A DNA stretch of 64,000 nucleotides from a virus (Duplodnaviria > Caudoviricetes), in IMG/VR virus record IMGVR_UViG_3300017700_000721, positions 54,082 to 118,081 of that record. One strand, written 5' to 3'. A program made the position numbers and the translations under genes. A model generated the notes under the pieces. It ran no database searches, was not told the origin of the DNA, and saw only the letters and a program-made list of their open reading frames with translations. The first letter of the stretch is position 1; each line of letters begins with the position of its first letter. This document shows, piece after piece, positions 9,675 through 19,800 of the stretch.

Positions 9675-9742
9675 TTACTCACTCTAAGGCTATGCGTACA
9701 TACCCTGAATGAGTAGCCGCTTAAACAGACGCGGATGGGAGG

Positions 9743-10006
9743 TTAGTCTTTTTCGATGGCGTCGATTAGACGCTCCATCTTTGCCTTACACATCACAAAG
9801 GCGGTCGCCACGTTGATCCCGGCCTCGGAGTTATAACTTATGCTCCTCGTAGGATCCGGCACCGTCTCAGGGTCTTCGCACCGACGAAGGAGCTCAGCGC
9901 CTGGTTTGACCTTGATTACGTTGGGCGGGGGTTCCGGCCTTGGCTCCAGGATTGAGCACGCTGGCAGCGCCAGCGATGCCAGTAAGATAAGCAGGATCTT
10001 TGTCAC
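9743..10006 (-). CDS. o-spanin (Rz1-like lipoprotein)
   Basis: Signal peptide with lipobox LPAC, Pro-rich, overlaps the i-spanin. Confidence 0.75.
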   Translation of the reverse strand: MTKILLILLASLALPACSILEPRPEPPPNVIKVKPGAELLRRCEDPETVPDPTRSISYNSEAGINVATAFVMCKAKMERLIDAIEKD

Positions 10007-10322
10007 AGGGACCCCCGTTTGACTGAACGAGGCGGACTTCTGTCTTCGCCTGTGAAGCTACAATACCAATCTGCTTCACCTCGTCTAGAAGCTTCTTGGT
10101 CTCTTCGTCAGAACGAGTCTTCGCCTGGATCATTACATCAAGGCTCTTCTGGGCCGCCTCAAGCTTGTAATCACTCAGAGCTTTCTCGGCCTTGGCCTGA
10201 GCGGTCTCAGCCCAGCCCACTCGCAAAGTCTGCAACCCTAGAAGTAGGCCCAGAACCACGCAGAGGGCCCCCAAGCCCGTTGCAAGGGGGTTACGTAGGA
10301 TCCAGGCTCCGACGACTGCCAT
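9894..10322 (-). CDS. i-spanin (Rz-like)
   Basis: N-terminal TM helix plus coiled coil, directly after the endolysin. Confidence 0.75.
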   Translation of the reverse strand: MAVVGAWILRNPLATGLGALCVVLGLLLGLQTLRVGWAETAQAKAEKALSDYKLEAAQKSLDVMIQAKTRSDEETKKLLDEVKQIGIVASQAKTEVRLVQSNGGPCDKDPAYLTGIAGAASVLNPGAKAGTPAQRNQGQTRR

Positions 10323-10778
10323 CTAGAAGAGCACGCCCATGTGCGTTCCGTTGTTGTCGATCGTCAGGATCTCACGCTTGGGGTTCGGAGCCCAAGAAAC
10401 ATGTACCCAGCCACCGTATTCATGGATGAGCTGGTTGAAGGGCAAGTTTGATCCCTGGATCAGCTTCGCGATCTCCAAAGGAGTCCCGTAAGACCAGCAC
10501 TGAATGTCCGCGGCGCGGCCGAGAACGTGCTCGCTGGTTGCAGAGCCTCTCACTGCCGGGTGCGTGTTCACGGCGAAGGAGCGATAGCCGCTGCTCACGA
10601 AGATGGGCTTCCCCAGCATCGTTCGAAGTGGCTCCAGGATGTTCTGGCACAAGGCTTTCAGGTTCCCGAGCTCGTTCGGTCCTGGGGTGTTGTCCAGGCC
10701 GTATCGAGCCGCGGTCTGAGAGGCGGTCATCTCCGCCAAAGAGAAGTGCGGAGACAGCTGGATTTCCTGAGCAGGCAT
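10323..10778 (-). CDS. Endolysin, peptidase M15 family
   Basis: HFSLAEM, SSGYRS, SEHVLGRAADI, WVHVS. Confidence 0.9.
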   Translation of the reverse strand: MPAQEIQLSPHFSLAEMTASQTAARYGLDNTPGPNELGNLKALCQNILEPLRTMLGKPIFVSSGYRSFAVNTHPAVRGSATSEHVLGRAADIQCWSYGTPLEIAKLIQGSNLPFNQLIHEYGGWVHVSWAPNPKREILTIDNNGTHMGVLF

Positions 10779-10790
10779 CTTGGCTTCCTT

Positions 10791-11231
10791 CTAAAGGGTG
10801 GCTACGAACCCTGCGAGAACAGTGCAGAGCATCATCCCCTTCCAGCACATCACTCCGCGGGTGTAGCCGAACACTCGTACGTAGGCCCACCAAAGAGCTC
10901 CCGATGCAAACAGAACTCCCAAGGGGAGAGCAATCATGTCCTGGAGCTCAAGGCCCGTGATGCGCCAGAGCTCGTGCCACCAAGCGAAGGCGGCTCTTAC
11001 CATTCGCCAGAGGAAGATGACGGAAAGCCCTGAGAGGCTCACCATCAACACCAACACCGGACGGCGGTCTAGGCTCACGTAAAGCTGCCCTTGCGCATCG
11101 CGTGCGAACCAGCGTAGGTATTCCCAGCGACACTGCCAGACGCGAGCCCAGCAAAGAGCGGCAAGGATCCAAAGCTGGAAGGCAAATGCTACTGAAAGTC
11201 CTGCGAGGATGTTGTCCGTAAGTCCGCTCAA
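10791..11231 (-). CDS. membrane protein, holin/antiholin candidate
   Basis: About 4 hydrophobic helices, immediately upstream of the endolysin. Confidence 0.55.
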   Translation of the reverse strand: MSGLTDNILAGLSVAFAFQLWILAALCWARVWQCRWEYLRWFARDAQGQLYVSLDRRPVLVLMVSLSGLSVIFLWRMVRAAFAWWHELWRITGLELQDMIALPLGVLFASGALWWAYVRVFGYTRGVMCWKGMMLCTVLAGFVATL

Positions 11232-11234
11232 GGT

Positions 11235-11708
11235 CTACTCTCTTGAAAAGGCCTTGGCCAGCTCGTTCTCGTGCTGCACCCCGGCGGCGATGTTGGCTAC
11301 ACCCTTAGCGCCTAGAATGTGAAAGGCTACCTTCTCGATAAACGTCCGATCAACCGCCGCTTCCTTCACGGCTGCCTTAACCTGGCTCGTGGAGGGCGAG
11401 GTATCGGCTGGTTGGGGTTTCGCTGGGCAACGAGCCAGCTGGTCGATCATCATGAAAAGGCCTACCAGGATCACGTAATAGGCGTAAGGACCAAGCCCGC
11501 TGTTCCAGGGGCTGATAGACATGAGCGCGGTCCCTACCCATAGAACGAGGCGAGTGCATCTCCCGTAGATTGTCGATAGGTTCAGGCCGAAGAGCCTGAG
11601 CCAAATAGCGAATGCGAAGAGGGCTTGCCCCCACCACCACCAGGTCCCGCTCATGTTCACGAGAGACCAAAGGACGGCGGTTGATGTGTGCAGATAATCG
11701 CTAATCAT
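11235..11708 (-). CDS. membrane protein in lysis cassette
   Basis: About 3 TM helices with a soluble C-terminal tail. Confidence 0.55.
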   Translation of the reverse strand: MISDYLHTSTAVLWSLVNMSGTWWWWGQALFAFAIWLRLFGLNLSTIYGRCTRLVLWVGTALMSISPWNSGLGPYAYYVILVGLFMMIDQLARCPAKPQPADTSPSTSQVKAAVKEAAVDRTFIEKVAFHILGAKGVANIAAGVQHENELAKAFSRE

Positions 11709-12076
11709 TATCCCTCTCCCTTCACAGCGGGGGGAGTTTCAACCCCCGCACGTTTCAGGATCTGAGCTGCGATGTCAGGGTTACGCTTGAACACGCCTTC
11801 TGCAACAGCGACGACGGTAAGGATGATTAGCGAAGAGGTCAAACCTACGACGGCACCGGCAACAGCCCAATGCTCCCACCCCCAACCTAGTAGTTTATAC
11901 GTTACAGGTATCAGGATTGCTTCGATGGCCGCCGCTGACACCATGCCGTAGGCTATGGCTCGGGCGCCGGCCTTCTTCACCAAACCACCCAGGGCGGAGA
12001 AGACTGTTGAGGCTGCGAGCCCGAAAGCTACGCCGTCGAGATTAGCCGCGTAGAACGCGAAGGGGCCGTCAGCCAT
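11708..12076 (-). CDS. putative holin
   Basis: 3 TM helices, charged C-terminus, first gene of the lysis cassette. Confidence 0.55.
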   Translation of the reverse strand: MADGPFAFYAANLDGVAFGLAASTVFSALGGLVKKAGARAIAYGMVSAAAIEAILIPVTYKLLGWGWEHWAVAGAVVGLTSSLIILTVVAVAEGVFKRNPDIAAQILKRAGVETPPAVKGEG

Positions 12077-12093
12077 TGCGGCGGTCTCCTTTG

Positions 12094-13713
12094 TTAGGCA
12101 CGTCGGCTGATCTCAAACTTCGCAACTGAAATCCTCACGTTCCCTGACGGGGGGTTCGCGGTGGATTCACCTGCGACTTGACCACTAGCGTCGGTTCGTA
12201 CCTGCTGGGTCATGACTGTCGACCAGTTCACTGAATTGACCACCTGAGCACCTCCTGAAAGCGAGGCGCCGACCATCATGCCCATCGAAACCCAAGCAGG
12301 CCCTGTTGCTGATACGGTCCCGTCAGCCTGGGCCGGATTAGATATATTTATGTTTGTGACAGTACCGACCCCCACTCCCTCCAACCAGACAGCTATCGTC
12401 GCCAAAACAGAGGCAGGGGGTGTCCGCACAAGACTAAACGTCTGACGTGAATTCGTAAAGGCTATGCTTACGTCTTCGAGGGGAGTAGTCCACTCCAACT
12501 CAATGTCGCCGTTGCGCTCGTAGGTCTTGAACGGGACTAGCGTCGCCGAGGCACGATAAACCCATCCCAGAAGTCTCTTGTAGCTATAATTGGCCGGCAT
12601 GGTCGGAGCTGTACCGCTCGTCGACAGTAGGATGTCTCCAGCGTTGGTGCTCTGGTCGGTTCTTCCGATTGCCCAGATAGCCCACCATCCGTTCGCGATG
12701 GCGCCCGTGTCTCTACCACCTTGGTTCGTGCCTGCTGCCCATGCAGCGTCAAGCTGCTTGGTCAAGGCCGGGACCACAATCAGCACCGCGCCAGTGTCGT
12801 CTGCTACGGTAACCGCGGCGACATCGATGTCGTTTACGGCGTCTGTTACGTTGTTGGCGTAGGTTGCTCCCGGTGAGATGTAGCCCTTGATCGGAGCTCG
12901 GGCAGTCCAATCGTAGTTTGTCCTCCAGCGAAGGGCTGCGCCATCCCACATCACCCTGACCAGGACCTTGGGTGGGATGGTTACGTTCGCCCCGGCTGGG
13001 AAGTTGTCAATAACCTCGGACCCAGCAGGATCCAAGATCACTCCGTTGACGTTGCTCCCGTAGCCCAGGACGAAGAAGGAAAATCCATGCTTCAGACCTG
13101 CTGTGTCACCTGCGAGAAGCGCTACGGTACGGGCACCTGCGGTGCAGTCAAACGTAAAGGTTCGGCCAATGTCCGCCGCGGTCTGCGTATGACCGGCCGC
13201 GCCCTTGTCAATCCAATAGCTGCGAGGGCTAGTTACGTAGATGTCAGCCGCAGCTTCATAGCGGCCCTTCTCAATGTCCGCTACACCGTCATACACGTAG
13301 TCGATGACGGATCCAGTCGTCCAGGACGCGGCGTCCACGTACTTCTGCCAGGTTCCGCCTTGCTCAAGCCACGCGGGGCGGGCGACGGCTGCATTTCCTC
13401 CTGCCAGAAACGACAGAACGAAGGCAACCGGCACCGACATCAGATAGTACGGTGTGATTGACCAATTGATCAATGTCGAGGTGGACGAGGCCACCAGGGT
13501 CCGAGAGATCGTGTCCGACGGAATACCCTGTGTGAAGGTCCCGAACCCAATCTCCCAGATCGAGCCGGTCTGGTTTGTCGCCAGATAAGGCACCACCTTG
13601 CCGGACGGGAACACAGTCCGCCAGGTTCGGAACGTACCAAACGCTCCGCCCAAGGTGTAGGCTCCCACACCCAAGGTTGAGCAAGTCTCGCCGATCTTTT
13701 CTCCGAACAGCAT
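12094..13713 (-). CDS. tail fibre protein
   Basis: Gly/Thr/Ala-rich beta-type sequence; N-terminal ETCSTLGVGAYTLGGA anchor; last gene of the tail module. Confidence 0.7.
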   Translation of the reverse strand: MLFGEKIGETCSTLGVGAYTLGGAFGTFRTWRTVFPSGKVVPYLATNQTGSIWEIGFGTFTQGIPSDTISRTLVASSTSTLINWSITPYYLMSVPVAFVLSFLAGGNAAVARPAWLEQGGTWQKYVDAASWTTGSVIDYVYDGVADIEKGRYEAAADIYVTSPRSYWIDKGAAGHTQTAADIGRTFTFDCTAGARTVALLAGDTAGLKHGFSFFVLGYGSNVNGVILDPAGSEVIDNFPAGANVTIPPKVLVRVMWDGAALRWRTNYDWTARAPIKGYISPGATYANNVTDAVNDIDVAAVTVADDTGAVLIVVPALTKQLDAAWAAGTNQGGRDTGAIANGWWAIWAIGRTDQSTNAGDILLSTSGTAPTMPANYSYKRLLGWVYRASATLVPFKTYERNGDIELEWTTPLEDVSIAFTNSRQTFSLVRTPPASVLATIAVWLEGVGVGTVTNINISNPAQADGTVSATGPAWVSMGMMVGASLSGGAQVVNSVNWSTVMTQQVRTDASGQVAGESTANPPSGNVRISVAKFEISRRA

Positions 13714-13721
13714 CGGCTACC

Positions 13722-14621
13722 TCAAAGGAATTCACGCAGTTTAATCGCAGCACCATATCTAAAGCCATCTTTGTCAACCGCAAGAGGTGCCGTGTAAGCA
13801 CCTCCCGCGGTAAAATGACCTTGCATGCTCAAACGATGGAAATCACTAGTCGCTCCAGGGTCTATAACGCAGACAACGTCACCATGCATGCCAATCAGGC
13901 GCTGGATCTCATAAATCCCGTCAAAGGCTTCGCGACGATTTAGGGACAACGCCGTCAGTTCAAAGATCCTAGGGGGAGTTTGGTTACGCTGGCTGGTAAA
14001 GGTTCGTCCGTAGGGAGTGTGGATCTGCAAGTCTGTGGGTGCAAAGCTGAGAGGCGTTCCAGCCACGTCAAAGTTTGTAGTTGGCTGCCAACGCCGTCCT
14101 AACATCACTCGGCCAAATTGCAGGAAAGGCGCACCTGCATCAGCAACTTCCACCCTATAGTGAAATCCCAGGTCGTCATTCTCCCAAGCAAGCCAATTTA
14201 AATATTGACTCCATCTTTGGGTTATTGGCTTTCCGCCGTACCACCAGGCAGACTTCCAGCCCGTGTCAAATGTTCGCACAACCCCAAGGTCAGCCTGAGA
14301 GGCAGCAGAAGAGCAACGAAGTAGGCCGCCCGAAGACAAAGACCCGCCTATCAGGGCGAGTGTGTTCACGGCTACAGGATATGGAAATGTAAAGTCCATG
14401 TAGGCGTAAGTTGCCAACGTACGCCACTTATTCGCTGGCTGCTTCTCCTGGAGAGCAGAAATCGGTAATCCTGCTACTTCGGAGCTTGCAGTTAGCGCAG
14501 CTAAATCAGAGTCTACCCCTGTAAGCAGGGTTAGCTTCTTGCTCCCGGTATAGGTATCCCCATAGGTGTACGGCACCGAGGATATCGGCATCGTTCCATA
14601 GGTTGGAGGAGCTGTCAGCAC
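13722..14621 (-). CDS. tail tip/baseplate protein
   Basis: Position in the tail tip cluster; QFGRVMLGRRWQP motif typical of proteobacterial siphovirus minor tail proteins. Confidence 0.6.
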   Translation of the reverse strand: MLTAPPTYGTMPISSVPYTYGDTYTGSKKLTLLTGVDSDLAALTASSEVAGLPISALQEKQPANKWRTLATYAYMDFTFPYPVAVNTLALIGGSLSSGGLLRCSSAASQADLGVVRTFDTGWKSAWWYGGKPITQRWSQYLNWLAWENDDLGFHYRVEVADAGAPFLQFGRVMLGRRWQPTTNFDVAGTPLSFAPTDLQIHTPYGRTFTSQRNQTPPRIFELTALSLNRREAFDGIYEIQRLIGMHGDVVCVIDPGATSDFHRLSMQGHFTAGGAYTAPLAVDKDGFRYGAAIKLREFL

Positions 14622-14627
14622 CTTAAT

Positions 14628-15071
14628 TTACCCTAGACGATCTTCCGCAGAGAAAATCAGGGTGACGTCGTCCACCGTCGCAAAGGTCGGTGCGGAGCGA
14701 GCCACTATAACCGCCCATACGTCAGCCTGAGGCAAGAAGAGAGGGATCTTCAAGCCCGACACGAAGAACATTCCTGAACCTGTCCCTCGGAGATTGATGG
14801 TCCCCAGGTTGAACACTCCTAGGGAAGCGTCGTCATCCGCAGGGAGTTGGTTAAAAGCGGCCTTGTCATTTACCGTCGCCGTCAGGTCCCGGTTGTAAAG
14901 GAACATGTCGTAGGACTTCGCCTGATTGGCTCTGTCCAGCATGACCACGCTGGACAGATATCCTCCAACTGTGGGAGACCTGAGCAACCCTGAAATCTTC
15001 AGCTTGCCGCCGACTGAATCGCCAATAGTGTAAGCAGCAGCTTGAACTTTTAAGGGGAAACTGACCCGCAT
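14628..15071 (-). CDS. hypothetical virion protein
   Basis: ORF with RBS in the tail tip cluster. Confidence 0.55.
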   Translation of the reverse strand: MRVSFPLKVQAAAYTIGDSVGGKLKISGLLRSPTVGGYLSSVVMLDRANQAKSYDMFLYNRDLTATVNDKAAFNQLPADDDASLGVFNLGTINLRGTGSGMFFVSGLKIPLFLPQADVWAVIVARSAPTFATVDDVTLIFSAEDRLG

Positions 15072-15130
15072 GACTCATCCTCTTCTATCTCTGACTAAGA
15101 GATTTACTCTTCGTCGGTCTAATGAGACTC

Positions 15131-16888
15131 TCAGCCCCAGAAGTGGAGGTCTACGGAGCTGTCATTGGTTGCGTCAATGCCGCAGCAGAACAGACGCTTC
15201 TGAGCGCCAAAGTTCTGCCTGTAGTAATTGTCGATCCTGGCTCTCTGCCCTATTACATTCACAAGGGGATCAATAGCCGCCTGTACGGCGTACCTATTCC
15301 TCGGCTTGCTGAATAGGTCACCTTGACGTTGACACTCCAAAGCGGCATCTTCCTCGTACCAGTAACCTGAGTCTTCTACGAAAACGTCGGGGGACGAAGG
15401 ATAATTATTAATAATCCATTGGTTCTGGATAGATGCGTATCTTCCCGCAGCCCCGTAAATCTGCACGTCAGCCATAGCCACGCTTCCAGCTATGGAACTG
15501 GGCTGCTGTATGGTGTTGTTCGTTCGCCAAGCTATGTAAGTTGCTCGGCGAGGAGGCAGCTGGTCTGTCTGCCGTAGCTCCCCAAGACGGCTTGAGGCAG
15601 TTTCACCTTCAAACGGAAAGCTCAGAACTAGGGTCGGAGATCCAGTCTCAGGATCTTCCGTCAATCCCATAATCAGAACCCCCGTCACAGTCATGACCCA
15701 CCAACCCAGGCAGCCTTTCAAGACTCGGTTAATGGCTTGGTCCTTGGTCACTGGATCTGTCCAGTAAAAACCCACCGGAGCAGGTTGACGTTGATCTAGA
15801 TAGGTTAATGCGTTGAAATCTATCTGAGAAGCTTCGTCGAGACGATAAGTTCCCATCCTTGTGGCGATGCGACGGACAATCTGAGCCCTGGTCAAAGGAG
15901 GAGCTTGATCACTGATCGTGTCGTTATCTCCTATAACATCGCAGGTCACGTCCGACGTCGGAGTGCTCCCGAGCTTGAAAGCTCCCCTAGCAAGGCATGT
16001 GATATAAGAGGCAGGCGGAGGGATCGCAGCTTCTAACTCTTCAAAGGTAGCAACATCTCCGGCGTTGTCCCAAGGGACCGCAGCGTGCCTTAACTCCAAG
16101 ATAGAGTTGATGCTCGTGAAACTACAGAGATAGGTCAGCTGTATCGAGTCCAACAGGACTGGTGTTATGTTGAAGTTATAACCCACCGCGTAGGGCTTTA
16201 CCTTCCCTACTAATGTTGAGTTCCCCTCTAACCCTCCGGTACCCAGGAACAACTGCCCGTGGAGTTGGACTTGCGAGAGCTTCCACGAGTTATCTCTCAG
16301 CCGTATCTCTTTGGTGTAGCCATCACCTAGGATGCCAGCCCCTGACAGCTTCGCTATGCTTGCATAGGACGAAATCAAACCATCGATCGGACCGCGCCGA
16401 ATCTCGATATCAGCGCCATCCCAAGACATTGTCTCAAGATAATCCAGATCTCCGTTCGGGTCGTCCAAGGTTATAACCCCAACACTAGACTCACTCGGCT
16501 GAGTCGGATCCGCTCCTTTAAAGACCGACGATCCAATATTAGGTGTCTTAGAGAAGGCTCCTTGTAGGTACTTGTTGGGTGGAGTGTCCTCGGGAAGGGT
16601 CGTCAGTCCATGAGTATGGGCAATGTACTGAAGATCCCTCGTACCACCTACGGAGAACTGAAAGGGTCCGTTTATGTCAGCTTCGCCGAACGGAAAGGGA
16701 GGAGCCAGAAACTCACGCATCGCGTTAGGATCAAATGGCGATGCCAGAAGTACCATTGCCCGGTCTTCGTGACCAGACAACACTTGAGGGTCCAACCCCG
16801 AGTAAAGAGGGAAAGAGAAAGGATCGTCAAACCCCGTCGCCCCAAAGGGGAAAGGCGGGGCGCCAGTAAGGAAGACAATCTCTGCCAT
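15131..16888 (-). CDS. tail tip/hub protein
   Basis: Follows the tape measure gene; GTGGLEG..LVGKVKPYAVG..FNITPVL motif. Confidence 0.7.
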   Translation of the reverse strand: MAEIVFLTGAPPFPFGATGFDDPFSFPLYSGLDPQVLSGHEDRAMVLLASPFDPNAMREFLAPPFPFGEADINGPFQFSVGGTRDLQYIAHTHGLTTLPEDTPPNKYLQGAFSKTPNIGSSVFKGADPTQPSESSVGVITLDDPNGDLDYLETMSWDGADIEIRRGPIDGLISSYASIAKLSGAGILGDGYTKEIRLRDNSWKLSQVQLHGQLFLGTGGLEGNSTLVGKVKPYAVGYNFNITPVLLDSIQLTYLCSFTSINSILELRHAAVPWDNAGDVATFEELEAAIPPPASYITCLARGAFKLGSTPTSDVTCDVIGDNDTISDQAPPLTRAQIVRRIATRMGTYRLDEASQIDFNALTYLDQRQPAPVGFYWTDPVTKDQAINRVLKGCLGWWVMTVTGVLIMGLTEDPETGSPTLVLSFPFEGETASSRLGELRQTDQLPPRRATYIAWRTNNTIQQPSSIAGSVAMADVQIYGAAGRYASIQNQWIINNYPSSPDVFVEDSGYWYEEDAALECQRQGDLFSKPRNRYAVQAAIDPLVNVIGQRARIDNYYRQNFGAQKRLFCCGIDATNDSSVDLHFWG

Positions 16889-19800
16889 TACATGTACTTG
16901 TTGGCGTTGGAGCGCTTAATCTGGTCTGTCAAAAGAGCCAGCTGCTCCTTCAACTCGTCAATGCTCCTTGCCTGAGCTTCAATTAACTGACGATTTCGCG
17001 TGTCCGTCTCGGCGTTTATAATGCCCATCTGGTCGACTACGTCAACAACGCCTGAATCCTTCAGGATCGAAGCGGCAAGGCCCGCCAGCTGACCTCGAAC
17101 CTGGTCTTTGATCTCCTGGGATTGCTTGTTGCCACCAAAGTAGGTCTTCGCAAAAGCCACGTAATCCAGACCTTCCTGAGCTACCCTGTTCTGGGCGTCG
17201 GTGTCACCAGACTGAGCATCAGCCAAGGTCTGGTTGTAAGTCCCCTCCAAACCCTGCAGCATGGTCAGCGGCGACGTACCCGACAGCGAGCCGTAGGTTA
17301 GTTGGTCGAGCGCATCCTGGATGGATCCTACGCTCTGCTCATAGAACTCCTTGGTCATCTGGAGCTGCATCTTGGTATAGTAAGCAGTGATCTTGTCAAT
17401 GTCTACGTAAACACCTTCGACGTTATCTCGGATATACTCAGCTGAGTTGAGCGCAGCTTCCCTCTGGTCAGCAAGCGCCCTAAGCTGAACCTGGAAAGGC
17501 GAGACCATCGAATCTATGAAGTCTTGCGCGAAGCGGGTCCTGGCTTTAGTCTCTGCTTCGTTGATGGGATCAAGCGATAGATTTAGCTTCTTCGCTTTGT
17601 CCGTCATCTCCCCGAAGGTTGTGGCGATAGTATCCAAGGCCTCCTGGGCCGGACCCATGATCTTACCCAGGTTCTCGTACTGCTTGGTAACAAACTGGAT
17701 GTTGGCTGCAGCCTCTTCCAAAGAGGGGGCATAGCTCTCCATCGCATGAAGGGCCGTCGTCAGAGCGTCTGTAATCGGACCTACAGCACCTGACAACAAA
17801 GACTTGATGACAAGCTGAGCAGAGCCCGTGTCCATCATGTTGTCTTCGTTCATACGCCAAGCCTGACGCTGACCCGTCTCAGGATTGGTCAGATGGGTTG
17901 ACTGAGAGGTGTAGCTCCAGTCTTTCCCTTGAGCTGTCCAGCTATCTAGCGCCAACTGCCATACTTTGGATCCGTCCTTCACCCCGCCCAAGAGCTTAAA
18001 GACTTCCGTGATGCCCTGACCTGCATCTTTCAGATTACCCTCAGAGGCCAGTGAATTGGCGCCTTCACCATAAGCCCCACCTGTGGTGTAGAAACCATCT
18101 GACCCATAAATGAGGTTGGCGTTGGTTGAGCTGTGGGTTCTTTTGTCTCCACCCCCAAGTAGGCTGGGCAGGACCGCTGAGGCAAGGCTGATCACCGCAC
18201 CAGCTGCCATTGTCCAGGGCGTCGGGATCATCATCAAGGCACCGCCAACCGCCTGGCCAATACCCCCAATCATGTCTTCGGTGTTCTTCGCGGTGATTGC
18301 CTTGAAGCCTCCCATCAGGGCACTTACTCCGCCCATGACGTTACCCATACCGAAGTCACCCATGGCAAGGCCTGACTCAGAGTTCAGGAAGCCCGGCTGC
18401 TGGGGGCCATAAGACCCATCAGATGGCACGGATCCCTGGAACGGGTTACGGCTAAATAACCCACTCAGCATTCCAGTGCTGCCCGTGGATGGCAAGCCCA
18501 CTCCGCCAGAAGCTACGCTGGATTTACCTGCAGCAGAGCCTGCCGGTGATCCTCCAACCCCTGATGCGCTTTTGAACACGCTTGTCAGCGAGTCCATTAC
18601 TGCGTTCAAGCCCTCGTCCAAAGCCATAGAGATAAGCTTGTCCATGACCTTGTTCAAGGCTTTGGTGGCAGCCATAGCGAAGGCGTCCCAGGCACTCATT
18701 CCCTGGCGAATGCCTCCAATCATCTCAGTGAAGAAGTCCTGGAAAGTTGTCTTCGCGAAGTCCACGGCATCTTTGAGAGCCGTTGTCTCATTCTCTGCAA
18801 TGGCTGTGGCCCTGGCGTAGGCTCGCAGCTTCTCCTCGGCTTCAGGTAGCAGAACCGTTCCGTCGGCTGTAGCCTTGTTCAAGGCTTCGCGCTCTTTCCG
18901 CAGGATGTTCGCCTGCTTTGCGCTCATGAACATGGCTTCGCGCTCGGACTGCTGATCCCTTATAAAGCGATCCGCGTCACGCCCGGCGTTAAATACGATG
19001 GTCGCTTGCTTGGTCTTCTCGGCTGCCTCAGCCATCGCCGCTGCTTTAGCCTTCAACTCGGCTGTCTGAGCGGGAGACAGCTTCAGGTCAGCTTCGTTGG
19101 CCTTGTTGAGTAGGTCCTGCTCGTTACGTAGGGTTGCGGCCGCGAGGGCCGTCATCCCGAGAGCTTGCTCCTCTAGCTTCTGCTTGGCAATGTACTGGTC
19201 GGCCGCGTCGATAATCTTCTTGTAGGCCTCAGCTGCTTTGCTCTTGTCGTCGGATGGGTCAAACTCCGGAGAGGCAACCGGCTGGTTGGGGCCGTGCTGA
19301 GCCCCTTTCTTGTCGCCGGTGCTGTTCCACCAATTGCTAAGGTCGCCCAAAGGGTCCTGAGCAAGACGATCTTTCTGCCTTGCGGAATGGAGGGCGTTGT
19401 TCTGAGCGAGGCGGTCCGCGTAGGGGTTAGCGATGGGGCCTTTGCCACCTTCAAACCCAATCTTCGGGATCTGAGCCCAAGAAGGGGCAACGCTGTTCGC
19501 CTTCTCAATCAGCCAGTCCAGCTTCTCGGAGACGTAAGAGATCATCTTGTTGACCCCTTCCGTCATGGCATTCACGGCTCCGATTACCGCGGCCCCGATG
19601 ATGTCCGGGAAGTTAGACCACAGGAATTTGATGTCCTCGTAAACCGCAGTGAACGAGTTGATGATGAAGTTGACACCCTTCTTGCCAGCTTCAACAATGT
19701 CAAAGCCTAGGATGTCGCTGATCTCGTCCCTGAATGCGTAGGCTGCCACCAAGACGGCCGAGATCGCCAGAACCAAAGCGCCAAACGGATTGGCCATTGC

